Counted from the stretch's first letter, positions 48,025 to 57,752 are shown. The stretch: DNA of 64,000 nucleotides from a candidate division WWE3 bacterium RIFCSPHIGHO2_01_FULL_40_23 (GCA_001772615.1 MEUZ01000003.1:12450-76449); one strand, 5' to 3'. Numbers and translations: made by a program. The notes: a model not told the origin generated them from the letters alone.

Positions 48025-50992
48025 AAAAAAGCTTTGTTTTCATCTCTTCTCTTAATACGGAAGCTGTGTGAGATTTTGTATTTTTAAGTAGTCCTTCCAA
48101 AGTTCCTGCATACAAAACTTCTCCCCCCTTGTCTCCCCCTTCGAGCCCAAGATCAATAACATAATCGGCGTTTTTTATAACATCTAAATTATGCTCTATA
48201 ACAAGGATCGTATTTCCTTTGGCAACTAATCTTTTAAGTATGGCAATAAGCCGTTCTAGATCATAGAAATGGAGCCCTGTAGTCGGCTCATCAAGAATGT
48301 AAAATGTTCCTCCTGTTGATCTTTTTGAAAGCTCTGTGGCAAGTTTTACTCTTTGAGCCTCTCCGCCGGAAAGCGTTGGTGCCGGCTGACCAAGTTTAAT
48401 ATATGAGAGCCCTACATCATATAAAGTTTCAAGTTTGTTTCTAATTTGAGGTATATTTTCAAAAAAGCTCAAGGCTTCCTCAACTGTCATGTTTAATATA
48501 TCGCTAATGTTTTTCTGCTTGTAATAAATTTCAAGGGCCTCACGATTGTATCTTTTTCCCCCGCAAACTTCACAGTTAATATAAACATCAGGCATAAACT
48601 GCATCTCTATCCTAATCTGCCCTTCTCCAAGACAAGCCTCGCACCTGCCTCCTTTAACATTAAAGCTAAACCTTCCGGGCGCGTAGCCTCTTACTCTCGC
48701 TTCAGGAGTCTGCGAAAAAACTTCTCTGATAAAATCAAAAGTTTTTGTATAAGTTGCAGGATTTGACTTCGGAGTTCTACCAATCGGGGATTGATCTATT
48801 GCTATTGCATTATCTATTTCTTCGGCGCCTACTAAACCATCAAAACCTTCAGGCTTTTCATCGTTTTTAAGACCAAAATGTGATCTTAAAGCTCTATATA
48901 GGGTTTCATTGACTAGCGTAGACTTTCCAGAACCCGAAACACCGGTTACGCAAACAAATTTTGACAAAGGTATTTTTACATTGATATTTTTCAGATTATG
49001 CCCTTTTGCTCCAAGGATTTCCAAAAACTTTTGCTCTTTAACCTCCTTATAAGAGAACCTTAATCTGGAATCGCTTTTCACCTCAAAATCTTCCTTTCCA
49101 ACCTCTTTTTCCCCTGATAGATATCTCCCTGTGAGAGATGACTTATTCTTTTTTATTTCCGAAGGTGTTCCAAAAGCTACAATCTTTCCGCCGTGCTCAC
49201 CTGCACCCGGACCAAAATCAAGTATATAATCCGAATTTAACATGGTTTCCTTGTCATGCTCCACAACAAGAACCGTATTTCCAAGATCTCTTAAATTCTT
49301 TAATGTATCAATAAGCCTACCCTGATCTCTTTGGTGCAGCCCTATAGATGGCTCATCCAAGACATACAAAACGCCTGACAAACCCGAGCCTATTTGGGAT
49401 GCCAATCTAATTCTTTGAGCCTCCCCTCCCGCAAGAGAAGCAGAACTTCTATCAATTGTCAGGTAGTCCAAACCAACATCAAGCAAAAACTTAAGTCTTG
49501 CGTCTATCTCTTTAATTATAGGAAATGCGATTTTCCTTTCATTTTCCGAGAGTGCTGGCTGTTGTTTAAGGTTTCTTACCCAGAGAGAAACATCGGAAAC
49601 GCTCAAAGAGCAGACTGAAGAGATATTAAAATTGTCAATGGTAACTGAAAGAGCTTCCTTTTTCAGCCTTGTTCCAAGACATACTGAACACGGTTCTTTG
49701 ACCATATATCTTTCAATCTCACCTCTTACATAATCAGAGGAGGTTTCTTTATATCTTCTTTCAAGATTTGGTATTACTCCTTCAAATCTGGAATTAAAGG
49801 TTCCGCTATTTTCCCCATCTTTACTTACATATTTAACTCTGAAAACTTCATTTGGAGCTCCGTAAAGAATAATTTTTTTAACACCATCGGATAAATTTTT
49901 TATGGGTGTGTTTAAAGAAAAGTCATATTGCTTTGAAACGGCCTCAACAACTCTCATCATCCAAGATGACCCCTCTATCATTCTTGACCAGGGGAATACT
50001 CCACCTTCCATAATTGACAAATTTTGATTAAGAACAACATCCGGATCCACCTTAAGTTTATTTCCAAGACCATCACATGAAGAGCACGCGCCATGCGGTG
50101 AGTTAAATGAAAAGTTTCTGGGTTCAAGTTCAGGAAGAGATATATTACAAACCGGACAGGCAAACCTTTCAGAATACAAGTGATCGGAGAACTCTTTTGG
50201 AAACTCGGGAAAATCCAAGGAGGCATCCTTCACCTCCGAAACAATAATATTTCCATTCCCAAGCTTCAAACCCTGATCAACTGATGAAGTAAGGCGCTTA
50301 GTTATCTCCTTTTTCAAAGAAAAATCTTTTAATCTGGCCTTAGTAAGAACCACCCTGTCTATTAAAAGGTCAATAGTATGTTTATTGGTCTTAATTAGCT
50401 CAAAATCATCATTTAAATTTCTAATCTTTCCGTCAATTCTCGCTTTTATGTAACCCTCTCTTCTTAAATTTTCAAAAAGCGTTGAATATTCGCCTTTCCT
50501 ATCTTTGACAATGGGGGACAAAACCAAAAGTCTTATACCCCTAGAACCCACAGGGACAAGTTCAAAAATTTTATCAACAATCTGTTCCGAACTCTGCTGG
50601 CTTATTTCCCTTCCACAGCTTGGACAATGCGGATGCCCGGCTCTTGAAAATAAGAGCCTAAAAAAATCATAAATTTCGGTTACAGTGCCAACCGTAGATC
50701 TTGGGTTATGTGAAGTTGTTTTCTGATCTATGGCAATGGCCGGTGAAAGGCCCTCAATGCTTTCAACATCCGGTTTGTCCATAACTCCTACAAACTGCCT
50801 GGCGTAAGCGGACAAGCTTTCCACATATCTTCTTTGACCTTCGGCATAAATAGTGTCCATGGCCATTGATGACTTTCCCGACCCCGAAACACCGGTAAAA
50901 ACAACCAATTTATTCTTTGGAATTTCAAAACTCACATTTTTGAGATTGTGTTGTCTTGCTCCTTTGACTACTATCTTATCTAAAGCATTCAT
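48008..50992 (-). CDS. uvrA: Excinuclease ABC subunit A
   Basis: Two ABC ATPase modules (GVSGSGKSS...; GVSGSGKSTLV), Zn-finger Cys clusters, 994 aa. Confidence 0.95.
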   Translation of the reverse strand: MNALDKIVVKGARQHNLKNVSFEIPKNKLVVFTGVSGSGKSSMAMDTIYAEGQRRYVESLSAYARQFVGVMDKPDVESIEGLSPAIAIDQKTTSHNPRSTVGTVTEIYDFFRLLFSRAGHPHCPSCGREISQQSSEQIVDKIFELVPVGSRGIRLLVLSPIVKDRKGEYSTLFENLRREGYIKARIDGKIRNLNDDFELIKTNKHTIDLLIDRVVLTKARLKDFSLKKEITKRLTSSVDQGLKLGNGNIIVSEVKDASLDFPEFPKEFSDHLYSERFACPVCNISLPELEPRNFSFNSPHGACSSCDGLGNKLKVDPDVVLNQNLSIMEGGVFPWSRMIEGSSWMMRVVEAVSKQYDFSLNTPIKNLSDGVKKIILYGAPNEVFRVKYVSKDGENSGTFNSRFEGVIPNLERRYKETSSDYVRGEIERYMVKEPCSVCLGTRLKKEALSVTIDNFNISSVCSLSVSDVSLWVRNLKQQPALSENERKIAFPIIKEIDARLKFLLDVGLDYLTIDRSSASLAGGEAQRIRLASQIGSGLSGVLYVLDEPSIGLHQRDQGRLIDTLKNLRDLGNTVLVVEHDKETMLNSDYILDFGPGAGEHGGKIVAFGTPSEIKKNKSSLTGRYLSGEKEVGKEDFEVKSDSRLRFSYKEVKEQKFLEILGAKGHNLKNINVKIPLSKFVCVTGVSGSGKSTLVNETLYRALRSHFGLKNDEKPEGFDGLVGAEEIDNAIAIDQSPIGRTPKSNPATYTKTFDFIREVFSQTPEARVRGYAPGRFSFNVKGGRCEACLGEGQIRIEMQFMPDVYINCEVCGGKRYNREALEIYYKQKNISDILNMTVEEALSFFENIPQIRNKLETLYDVGLSYIKLGQPAPTLSGGEAQRVKLATELSKRSTGGTFYILDEPTTGLHFYDLERLIAILKRLVAKGNTILVIEHNLDVIKNADYVIDLGLEGGDKGGEVLYAGTLEGLLKNTKSHTASVLREEMKTKLFSNVKV

Positions 50993-51006
50993 ATTCGCGA
51001 TTAAAA

Positions 51007-51036
51007 ATTATATGGTATTTCTTCGGGTCTTGTAAA
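51007..51036 (-). promoter_or_regulatory. Candidate uvrA promoter (-35 TTTACA, 18-nt spacer, -10 TATAAT in sense)
   Basis: Plus-strand TGTAAA at 51031-51036 and ATTATA at 51007-51012. The uvrA ATG is at 50990-50992. Confidence 0.4.
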
Positions 51037-51039
51037 GTG

Positions 51040-51061
51040 CCAATTAGGGCAGGTTAATTGG
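51040..51061. promoter_or_regulatory. Palindrome CCAATTA-N8-TAATTGG immediately upstream of the uvrA -35
   Basis: Perfect 7-bp inverted repeat read from the sequence. It lies between the stop of the small membrane-protein gene (51063) and the uvrA promoter. Candidate operator or weak terminator. Confidence 0.35.
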
Positions 51062-51062
51062 G

Positions 51063-51344
51063 CTATTTAGAGGACGTATTGGGCAAAACATTTATTTGAC
51101 CTCCTGTGCCTAAGACATTTTCCGGTTCGCTTGCCTCTTCTTTCACGTCATCCGTAGATTCAACCTGGTCCTCCTTAGTAACACTTTCCTCTTCCACCTT
51201 ACCCACTTCACTTACTGGCTTTCGGCCAAAATACCACATGCTCCCTACGGCAAGAATTAATAATAAGAGGATACCAACAATAAGATTAGCCCAGTTTGCT
51301 TTTGAGTTTAGATTTTGAAGATCTTTAAGAAAATTTTCAAGCAT
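51063..51344 (-). CDS. Small bitopic membrane protein with acidic C-terminal tail ending ...VLPNTSSK
   Basis: 93-aa ORF with one TM helix (LIVGILLLLILAVGSMWYF) and a Glu/Asp-rich tail. Confidence 0.4.
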   Translation of the reverse strand: MLENFLKDLQNLNSKANWANLIVGILLLLILAVGSMWYFGRKPVSEVGKVEEESVTKEDQVESTDDVKEEASEPENVLGTGGQINVLPNTSSK

Positions 51345-51363
51345 TTAAATCACCCCCTTTTGT

Positions 51364-53688
51364 TTAATCATTTTTCTTTTTCTTATCGGATTTTTCCTTT
51401 TCCTCCATTCCACAGCTTATCTTATCAGGTTCACCTCCTCTAACAAAAACCTCTCTGATATTTGAGCAGTCGGAATACACTTTAACTATAACACCTTCAG
51501 GCAAAGCAAAGCCCTCCAGAGCCTTTCCGGTAAGAAGTTCTGTCATCATTCTATTCCATGCAGGAGCGGCTCCAGTTAATCCTGAAGAAAGTGTCGGATT
51601 CATGGGCGTATTATCGTTATTTCCAACCCATACGCCTACTACAAAAGAAGGTGTGTATCCAAGTGTGTAATTATCTCTTTTCTGATCCGTAGTTCCCGTT
51701 TTAACTGCAACTTTATGTCCTTTAATACTTAAGAAATTATTAGTCCCGAAAGCGGGTATTCTTGCATAGTAATCAGAAAGAATATCCGTGATAATGTAAG
51801 AAACTTCTTTTGAGAGAACTCTTTTTTCCAGATTCTCGTTTGAAAATATCTCATACCCCTTACTGTCTTTAATGTTTAAGATTGGTCTGGTAGGTTTGTA
51901 GACTCCTCCCCTTGCTAAAGTTCCATACACATTTGTTAAATCCAGCAAATTAGCCTCTTTTCCCCCAAGTGTTATTGAAAGCCCGTAATTTCCGTCAGCC
52001 TCCCAGCTGACTAGACCCATATCTCTCCCAAGGTTAACCATATCATCTATGTTAAGGGTCCTTAAAACTTTTACGGCAGGTACATTGTAAGAATTAGCAA
52101 GCGCCCGTCTTAATGTAATCTTCCCGTGAAACTTGCCGTCATAATTCACAGGTGAGTAGGTCTCATAAGGAGTTTTTACTGTCAGGGGAGAATCATCTAT
52201 TACAGAAGTAGTTTTATACCCTCTTGTTAAAGCAAGAGAGTAAGTTACCGGTTTGATTGCGGAACCGGGCTGCCGCTTAGCAACCGAAACATTAAAAACG
52301 CCATCATTTTTAACATCAAAATAGTCTACTGATCCAACCATTGACAGGATCTCCCCCGTTTTAGGATCAAGAACTATTAAAGCCCCATTAGAAACATTAA
52401 GCTGTCTGCTTTTTTCCACCTCCTCTTTTACAATTACCTGCGCTTTATCCTGGATATCAAGATCAATTGTTGTTAAAACGGTTAAGCCTCCAAAACTAAC
52501 AAATCTTTTCCCATACATCCTTTCAAGCTCCGATCTTACATAATCCACAAAATGAGGGGCTCTGATAAAGTCACTTTGAGGAGTAAAAACAAACTCTTCA
52601 CTAAACGCTTTATCTGCTTCTTCCTGTGTAATTTTCTTTAACTTTACCATCCTTGATAGAACAAGCTTCTGCCTGTCTTTTGCTACGGATAAAGATGAGA
52701 AAGGAGAATACACACTTGGGGCCGAAGGAAGAGCCGAAAGAAGAGACGATTCCGATAGTGTGAGTTCAGATGCACGCTTTCCGAAAAACTTTTGAGAAGC
52801 CGATTCAACACCCACAACATTTCCTCCATATGGAGCGTTATTTAGATACATCTCAAGTATTTGATCTTTTGAATACTTTTGTTCGGTTAAAACAGATAAA
52901 ACGAGCTCTTTAATTTTTCGCGTGACGGTCCTCTCCGGTGACAAAAGGGACAACTTCACAAGCTGCTGCGTTATGGTTGACCCTCCTTGAACATTGTCTT
53001 TAAAAAAAGTTTCGTTAGCAGCTCTTAGAATACTTAACAGCCTAAAACCTTTATGGTTATAAAACGAGGAATCCTCAATCGCCAGGGTAGCATCAATCAT
53101 ACTTTTAGGCACCAAATTTAGAGGAACCGGATCACCCCTTTTTTCAGGGCAGATCTCATAAATCAACCTTCCTTTCCTGTCCAAAAGCTTTGTGCACTTA
53201 ACCATATTTTCATTAAGCAGATCGGGTCTTGGAAGCTGCCTGTACCAAGAATAGGCAGTTGCGGGAGTAAGTAAAAAGAAAATTGTAAAGAGAGAACCAA
53301 GTATAAACCACTTAACTTTCTCTCTCGCTTTAGGCTTACTTAAATTAAGTGTCTTAACAGAAGAAACTGATTTAAACATCCTGGCCTTAAATTTCTTAAC
53401 ACCTTTGTTCCTCTTAAATACCTTCACAATCAGATCATCTAACCTGTTAATAGAGCTTAAGAGGTCCTTCCCTAGGTTTGAAAAAAAGCGGAATATTTTC
53501 TTTAAGAGAATATTTAACTCGGAATAAATAGCTGAAGGAATAACAACAAAAGAAGAGCCAACAAGAATTATTGCGTCCAAGGCAAATTTGAATATAGCTC
53601 TTCTGAAATTATCAATTACCTGGCGTATACTCATCCTTGTCCTTAAATCTGGAAATAACCACCACTCTTTTCTCATCTTCCGGGCCAT
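51364..53688 (-). CDS. Class A penicillin-binding protein (PBP1A-type: GT51 transglycosylase + transpeptidase)
   Basis: GT51 motifs EDSSFYNHKGF and GGSTITQQLVK. Transpeptidase motifs SAIKP (SxxK) and KTGT. A TM anchor lies near residue 125. The called start overlaps the sortase gene by 77 nt, so an internal Met (MSIRQV at 53634) may be the true start. Confidence 0.85.
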   Translation of the reverse strand: MARKMRKEWWLFPDLRTRMSIRQVIDNFRRAIFKFALDAIILVGSSFVVIPSAIYSELNILLKKIFRFFSNLGKDLLSSINRLDDLIVKVFKRNKGVKKFKARMFKSVSSVKTLNLSKPKAREKVKWFILGSLFTIFFLLTPATAYSWYRQLPRPDLLNENMVKCTKLLDRKGRLIYEICPEKRGDPVPLNLVPKSMIDATLAIEDSSFYNHKGFRLLSILRAANETFFKDNVQGGSTITQQLVKLSLLSPERTVTRKIKELVLSVLTEQKYSKDQILEMYLNNAPYGGNVVGVESASQKFFGKRASELTLSESSLLSALPSAPSVYSPFSSLSVAKDRQKLVLSRMVKLKKITQEEADKAFSEEFVFTPQSDFIRAPHFVDYVRSELERMYGKRFVSFGGLTVLTTIDLDIQDKAQVIVKEEVEKSRQLNVSNGALIVLDPKTGEILSMVGSVDYFDVKNDGVFNVSVAKRQPGSAIKPVTYSLALTRGYKTTSVIDDSPLTVKTPYETYSPVNYDGKFHGKITLRRALANSYNVPAVKVLRTLNIDDMVNLGRDMGLVSWEADGNYGLSITLGGKEANLLDLTNVYGTLARGGVYKPTRPILNIKDSKGYEIFSNENLEKRVLSKEVSYIITDILSDYYARIPAFGTNNFLSIKGHKVAVKTGTTDQKRDNYTLGYTPSFVVGVWVGNNDNTPMNPTLSSGLTGAAPAWNRMMTELLTGKALEGFALPEGVIVKVYSDCSNIREVFVRGGEPDKISCGMEEKEKSDKKKKND

Positions 53689-54235
53689 AGCAAGTAAAAA
53701 GTACTAGGGCTTTACCGTAGTCCTCCTTCAGAAAATCTATTTCATAAGGGTAAACATAAATCTTTTTGTACACCTCAAATCTATACCACTCTTTATCGGA
53801 GGACACATAAACAAAATCATTTTTATTTAAATTATCAAGTCTGGAAAACAGAGCATCTTTCGCATGAGCAAAAATAACTGTGTTTCCGGTTTTATCATTG
53901 AGAAAAGAGGTTCCTATACCATAAGAAGCGAAATTGTCAAAAGTTATCCAAGTCCCTTGATCCACCCTTGCACCCTTCACAACCAAATCTACGGAGATTT
54001 TAGGTATAACAATTCTTCTTGGAACATCTTTCTCTTCCCTAAAAATTAGCGTTTTGGGTAAAACAGCACCTTTAGCGTAGGTAGAAGTTTTTATTTGGGT
54101 TTCTATAAGATAGCCCGCGAAGATAAAAACACCAAGAAGCATAACAATAGGGATGAGGAAAACTAAAATTATTCCTTTCAAATCTTTAGTGAAAGCTTCT
54201 TTTATAAAGGAGAAAAGTGTTTGGTTTTCCGACAT
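53612..54235 (-). CDS. Sortase family transpeptidase
   Basis: N-terminal TM, a conserved His (VIFAHAKD), catalytic LVLFTCYG (TLxTC-type) and a downstream Arg. Confidence 0.7.
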   Translation of the reverse strand: MSENQTLFSFIKEAFTKDLKGIILVFLIPIVMLLGVFIFAGYLIETQIKTSTYAKGAVLPKTLIFREEKDVPRRIVIPKISVDLVVKGARVDQGTWITFDNFASYGIGTSFLNDKTGNTVIFAHAKDALFSRLDNLNKNDFVYVSSDKEWYRFEVYKKIYVYPYEIDFLKEDYGKALVLFTCYGPEDEKRVVVISRFKDKDEYTPGN

Positions 54236-54312
54236 AGTTTTTCAGATTGTCGGGCAGGAATAATTACTAGCTATCCTATCAAACCATAAAATCAAGTCAA
54301 ACCACGCTAAAT

Positions 54313-56388
54313 TTAAGTTCTTATGTATTTTTTAATTAATAAAACTTTATCTCTAATCTTTGCAGCCTCTTCAAAGTTTAAAGCTTCAGCTTCAAACCTC
54401 ATTTGAGCTTCTAGTAGCTTAATCTCTTTTTTAAGCTTTGAAGGGGAGACAAAAGACAAATCCTCATCCTCTCCTACCCTTTCTTTATTAACAGACTGTT
54501 CTTCAATTATTTCATCCACTAACCTCTCCCTGATTGGTTTTGTAATACCTATTGGGGTAATTTTAAATTCCTCATTATATTTTTCCTGGATATCCCTTCT
54601 TCTTCCTACCTCCGTTATTGCTCTTTCCATACTCTTTGTAACATTATCGGCATACATAACAACACTTCCCTTTATATGTCGTGCCGCTCTGCCCATCGTT
54701 TGAATCAAGGATCCTTCCGATCGTAAAAAACCTTCCTTATCTGCATCAAGAATAGCAACAAGTGAAACTTCGGGAAGATCCAGACCCTCTCGTAAAAGAT
54801 TTATCCCAACCAGTACATCAAAATTTCCCTTCCTTAAATTATCAAGGATATCGGTTCTTTCAAGAGTTTCAATGTCAGAGTGAAGATAAGTTGCCTTAAT
54901 GCCTTTTTCAATAAGATATGATGAGAGCTCTTCTGCCATCCTTTTGGTAAGGGTTGTAACAAGCACCCTCTCTTTATCAGCTACTCTTATCATAATCCTC
55001 TCAAACAAGTCCTCTACCTGGCCTTTAGTTGGTAACACTTTTATGTCTGGATCAACAATTCCTGTAGGTCTTATAAGCTGCTGCGCAACTTTCCCTGAAG
55101 TCATGCTAAGTTCCCAGTCTGAAGGAGTTGCCGAGACAAAGATTGCCTGATCTATTTTTCTTAAAAACTCCTCAAATCTTAGAGGCCTGTTCTCAAGCGC
55201 CGATGGAAGTCTGAACCCATAATTAACAAGTGTTTCCTTTCTTGAGCGATCTCCGTTGTACATACCTCGTATTTGAGGAACTGTAATATGAGATTCGTCT
55301 ATAACTGTAAGAAAACCCTTTGGAAAGAAGTCTATTAAAGTATAAGGACTGTCACCCTCTTTCCTACCGTCAAAATAAATTGAGTAATTTTCAATACCCT
55401 TGCAATAGCCTATCTCCCTGATCATCTCAAGATCATATTTAGTCCTTTGTTCCAGCCGGTAAGCTTCAAGCTCTTTTCCCAACCCCTTAAGCTCCTTTAA
55501 CCTCTTTTCCAAATCGGCTTCTATTAGTTTTAAAGCCCCCCCTCTTTTTTCTTCAGCCGTAATATAATGTTTAGCCGGAAATATGACTGTAACCCCCTCC
55601 TCACGCGCCGCATGCTCTAAATAATCCTGCTCATCATCTGATTTTATTCTTAAATGGCCTCCCCTTCTGATCAAAGGTAATTTAGTTCTGTCTATCACAT
55701 TTCCATTTAGAGGATCAAAGTGATATATATCCCTAAGCCTATCATCAAAAATCTCAAGATGAACCCCGTAATCCTGGTAAGATGGGTAAACATCAACACT
55801 TTCGCCTCTTACCCTGAAAGTTCCCCGTTTAAACTCAAAATCCGACCGTTCATAGTAAAGCTGTGATAGTCTTTTTAAAAGATCTGACAATCTAAACTTC
55901 ATTCCCTTTCTTAACTCAAGTGCTATTTTTGAGTATTCCGCAGGAGAACCAAGATTATAAATGCAGGAAACCGAAGCTACTATAATCACATCATTTCGTG
56001 TTATTAAAGAATTGGTGGCTGAAAGTCTTAACTTATCAATTTCTTCATTTATGTCGGCATCTTTTTCTATGTAGGTATCAGTTTGTGGAATATAGCTTTC
56101 AGGTTGATAAAAATCATAATAGCTCACAAAATATTCAACCGCGTTTTCGGGGAAAAACTCTCTAAATTCCTGGTATAACTGGGCAGCAAGAGTTTTATTG
56201 TGGGAAATAACAAGCGTAGGCTTTTTTACGTTTGCTATAACATTAGCAACACTAAAGGTTTTGCCTGAACCGGTAACCCCAAGAAGAACTTCATAAGGAT
56301 TTTTTTCATTAATCCATTCTGTAAGTTTCCGAATTGCCTGCGGCTGGTCTCCCGTAGGCGAAAAAGAGGATTTAAGCTTAAACACCAA
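54313..56388 (-). CDS. uvrB: Excinuclease ABC subunit B
   Basis: Walker A GVTGSGKTFSVANVIA, helicase motifs, C-terminal UVR domain. TTG/GTG start. Confidence 0.95.
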   Translation of the reverse strand: MVFKLKSSFSPTGDQPQAIRKLTEWINEKNPYEVLLGVTGSGKTFSVANVIANVKKPTLVISHNKTLAAQLYQEFREFFPENAVEYFVSYYDFYQPESYIPQTDTYIEKDADINEEIDKLRLSATNSLITRNDVIIVASVSCIYNLGSPAEYSKIALELRKGMKFRLSDLLKRLSQLYYERSDFEFKRGTFRVRGESVDVYPSYQDYGVHLEIFDDRLRDIYHFDPLNGNVIDRTKLPLIRRGGHLRIKSDDEQDYLEHAAREEGVTVIFPAKHYITAEEKRGGALKLIEADLEKRLKELKGLGKELEAYRLEQRTKYDLEMIREIGYCKGIENYSIYFDGRKEGDSPYTLIDFFPKGFLTVIDESHITVPQIRGMYNGDRSRKETLVNYGFRLPSALENRPLRFEEFLRKIDQAIFVSATPSDWELSMTSGKVAQQLIRPTGIVDPDIKVLPTKGQVEDLFERIMIRVADKERVLVTTLTKRMAEELSSYLIEKGIKATYLHSDIETLERTDILDNLRKGNFDVLVGINLLREGLDLPEVSLVAILDADKEGFLRSEGSLIQTMGRAARHIKGSVVMYADNVTKSMERAITEVGRRRDIQEKYNEEFKITPIGITKPIRERLVDEIIEEQSVNKERVGEDEDLSFVSPSKLKKEIKLLEAQMRFEAEALNFEEAAKIRDKVLLIKKYIRT

Positions 56389-56389
56389 A

Positions 56390-56400
56390 TTATTGTATCA
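56390..56400 (-). promoter_or_regulatory. Extended -10-like element TGATACAATAA (sense) 1-2 nt upstream of the uvrB start codon, implying a leaderless mRNA
   Basis: Plus-strand TTATTGTATCA at 56390-56400. The uvrB TTG start is at 56386-56388, and an in-frame TGA lies immediately upstream. Confidence 0.35.
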
Positions 56401-56420
56401 AAAGTTTTAATATTTGGGTA

Positions 56421-57686
56421 TTATTTGGGTGTACTTATATCTCTGTAAAGAAAGCCCTTACCTTCAACAGGGATAAGATTATTCGGGTTTACCCAGTAGC
56501 CGGTCAACTTACTCTTAAGCTTTAAAACTGTATTGTCAATAACACCTTCGTTATACTTTTTCTTGTTTAAGCCATTCCAAATGGACTTTGCCAACACATT
56601 TCTATTTACGATTTTTCCCTTGTTAGAAAGAAACTGTTTCAAAATCTTCTTTTCAACAAGAGAAAGCCTTAAAGGCGACTTGGTACCGTTTATCAAAACC
56701 CCGTCTTTAGTAATTTCCACTTTAGTAACATATTCAACCGATTTCTCCATTCCGATATGTTTCAGAAGCCCAACCGTAAACTTATAACCGTTTCTTCCTC
56801 CCTTTAAAAGGCCTAAATTTATTAAGTGAAGAAGATCTTTTGCATAACTCTCTTCTACCTTTTTGCAACCCCAGACTATCTTAGCTAAAACTAACACTTC
56901 AGATGCACTTAAAGATTCCCATAACTTCTTAACTTCACGTTTAAGATGCCAATTTTCACATAAAATTTCCGAAAGATTCCTTCTTTTTTTAGGAGGAAGA
57001 TTGTTTTTTAGATCAGACGCTATGCCATAAAATCTATCAACGCCCCCCGTCAAACCATACATTACTTCAAAAATTTTTGCGGATATGGCGCTTTCAACCT
57101 GTCTAAGTCCTCTCTCATCCCTTACATTCATATAAATAATATTCTCATAAACATGAGATGACTTTGCAAAAAACGGGGTGTTTGCAGGATGTGATATGTT
57201 CATTCTGACTGTATAAATAAATACACAGCCCGGAAAAGATATGTTAAGAGACTCAAAAAACAAATAAGGCTCCTTGCCTAAAGCTAAAAGGATATCTGCA
57301 TCTTCAAAAAAGAAAACAACTTTTAATTTTTTTTGAGTAAGCTCATCAATCAGATCTTTTATCAAAGAAGTAAATTCCTCGTCTCCCTGAAACTGCCCAT
57401 CCGATTTAGATGAGAGCTTTTTCTCAACCAAAGTCCTTCTTATTGAAGTCAGCATTAAAGCGTATAAAGCTGGAAGCGTAGCAATACTTAAATGATTTAA
57501 ATCAACATAAACCGGAATAACCTGTCTTTTAAGAAGTAGATCCGAATGAAGATTTCTAAAAAAGATTGGATAATTTGTCCCATAGCAAACCTGACAGCTT
57601 GCACACTGCCCATTAGCTATTAAATCAAGGATTTTTCTCTTTTGGCTTTCCCAATGCTTATACATAAAGTAAGGCGATTGTAGCAT
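56421..57686 (-). CDS. Hypothetical regulator-like protein: unrecognised N-terminal domain (possibly degenerate P-loop NTPase, hhhhDE-type Walker B KVVFFFEDADIL) plus C-terminal OmpR/PhoB-type winged-helix DNA-binding domain
   Basis: C-terminal about 100 aa (LSLVEKKILKQFLSNKGKIVNRNVLAKSIWNG...VIDNTVLKLKSKLTGYWVNPNNLIPVEGKGFLYR) fits Trans_reg_C. There is no receiver domain and no clear Walker A. It is sandwiched between uvrB and divergent lexA. Confidence 0.5.
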   Translation of the reverse strand: MLQSPYFMYKHWESQKRKILDLIANGQCASCQVCYGTNYPIFFRNLHSDLLLKRQVIPVYVDLNHLSIATLPALYALMLTSIRRTLVEKKLSSKSDGQFQGDEEFTSLIKDLIDELTQKKLKVVFFFEDADILLALGKEPYLFFESLNISFPGCVFIYTVRMNISHPANTPFFAKSSHVYENIIYMNVRDERGLRQVESAISAKIFEVMYGLTGGVDRFYGIASDLKNNLPPKKRRNLSEILCENWHLKREVKKLWESLSASEVLVLAKIVWGCKKVEESYAKDLLHLINLGLLKGGRNGYKFTVGLLKHIGMEKSVEYVTKVEITKDGVLINGTKSPLRLSLVEKKILKQFLSNKGKIVNRNVLAKSIWNGLNKKKYNEGVIDNTVLKLKSKLTGYWVNPNNLIPVEGKGFLYRDISTPK

Positions 57687-57716
57687 ATTTATTGCAGTAT
57701 TACAAGCTATAGGCTA

Positions 57717-57746
57717 TTGACAACTTCGTGTTTATTTCGGTAATAT
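57717..57746 (+). promoter_or_regulatory. Candidate lexA promoter (-35 TTGACA, 18-nt spacer, -10 TAATAT). The transcript would start within a few nt of the ATG (near-leaderless).
   Basis: TTGACA at 57717-57722 and TAATAT at 57741-57746. The lexA ATG is at 57753. Confidence 0.45.
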
Positions 57747-57752
57747 AGGACT

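Noticed and set aside
57677-57686. TACAAT (-10-like) on the minus strand at 57677-57682 as a promoter for the wHTH gene
   Set aside because: In sense orientation it falls inside codons 2-3 (ATG CTA CAA T..) of the gene itself. AT-rich hexamers occur frequently by chance here.
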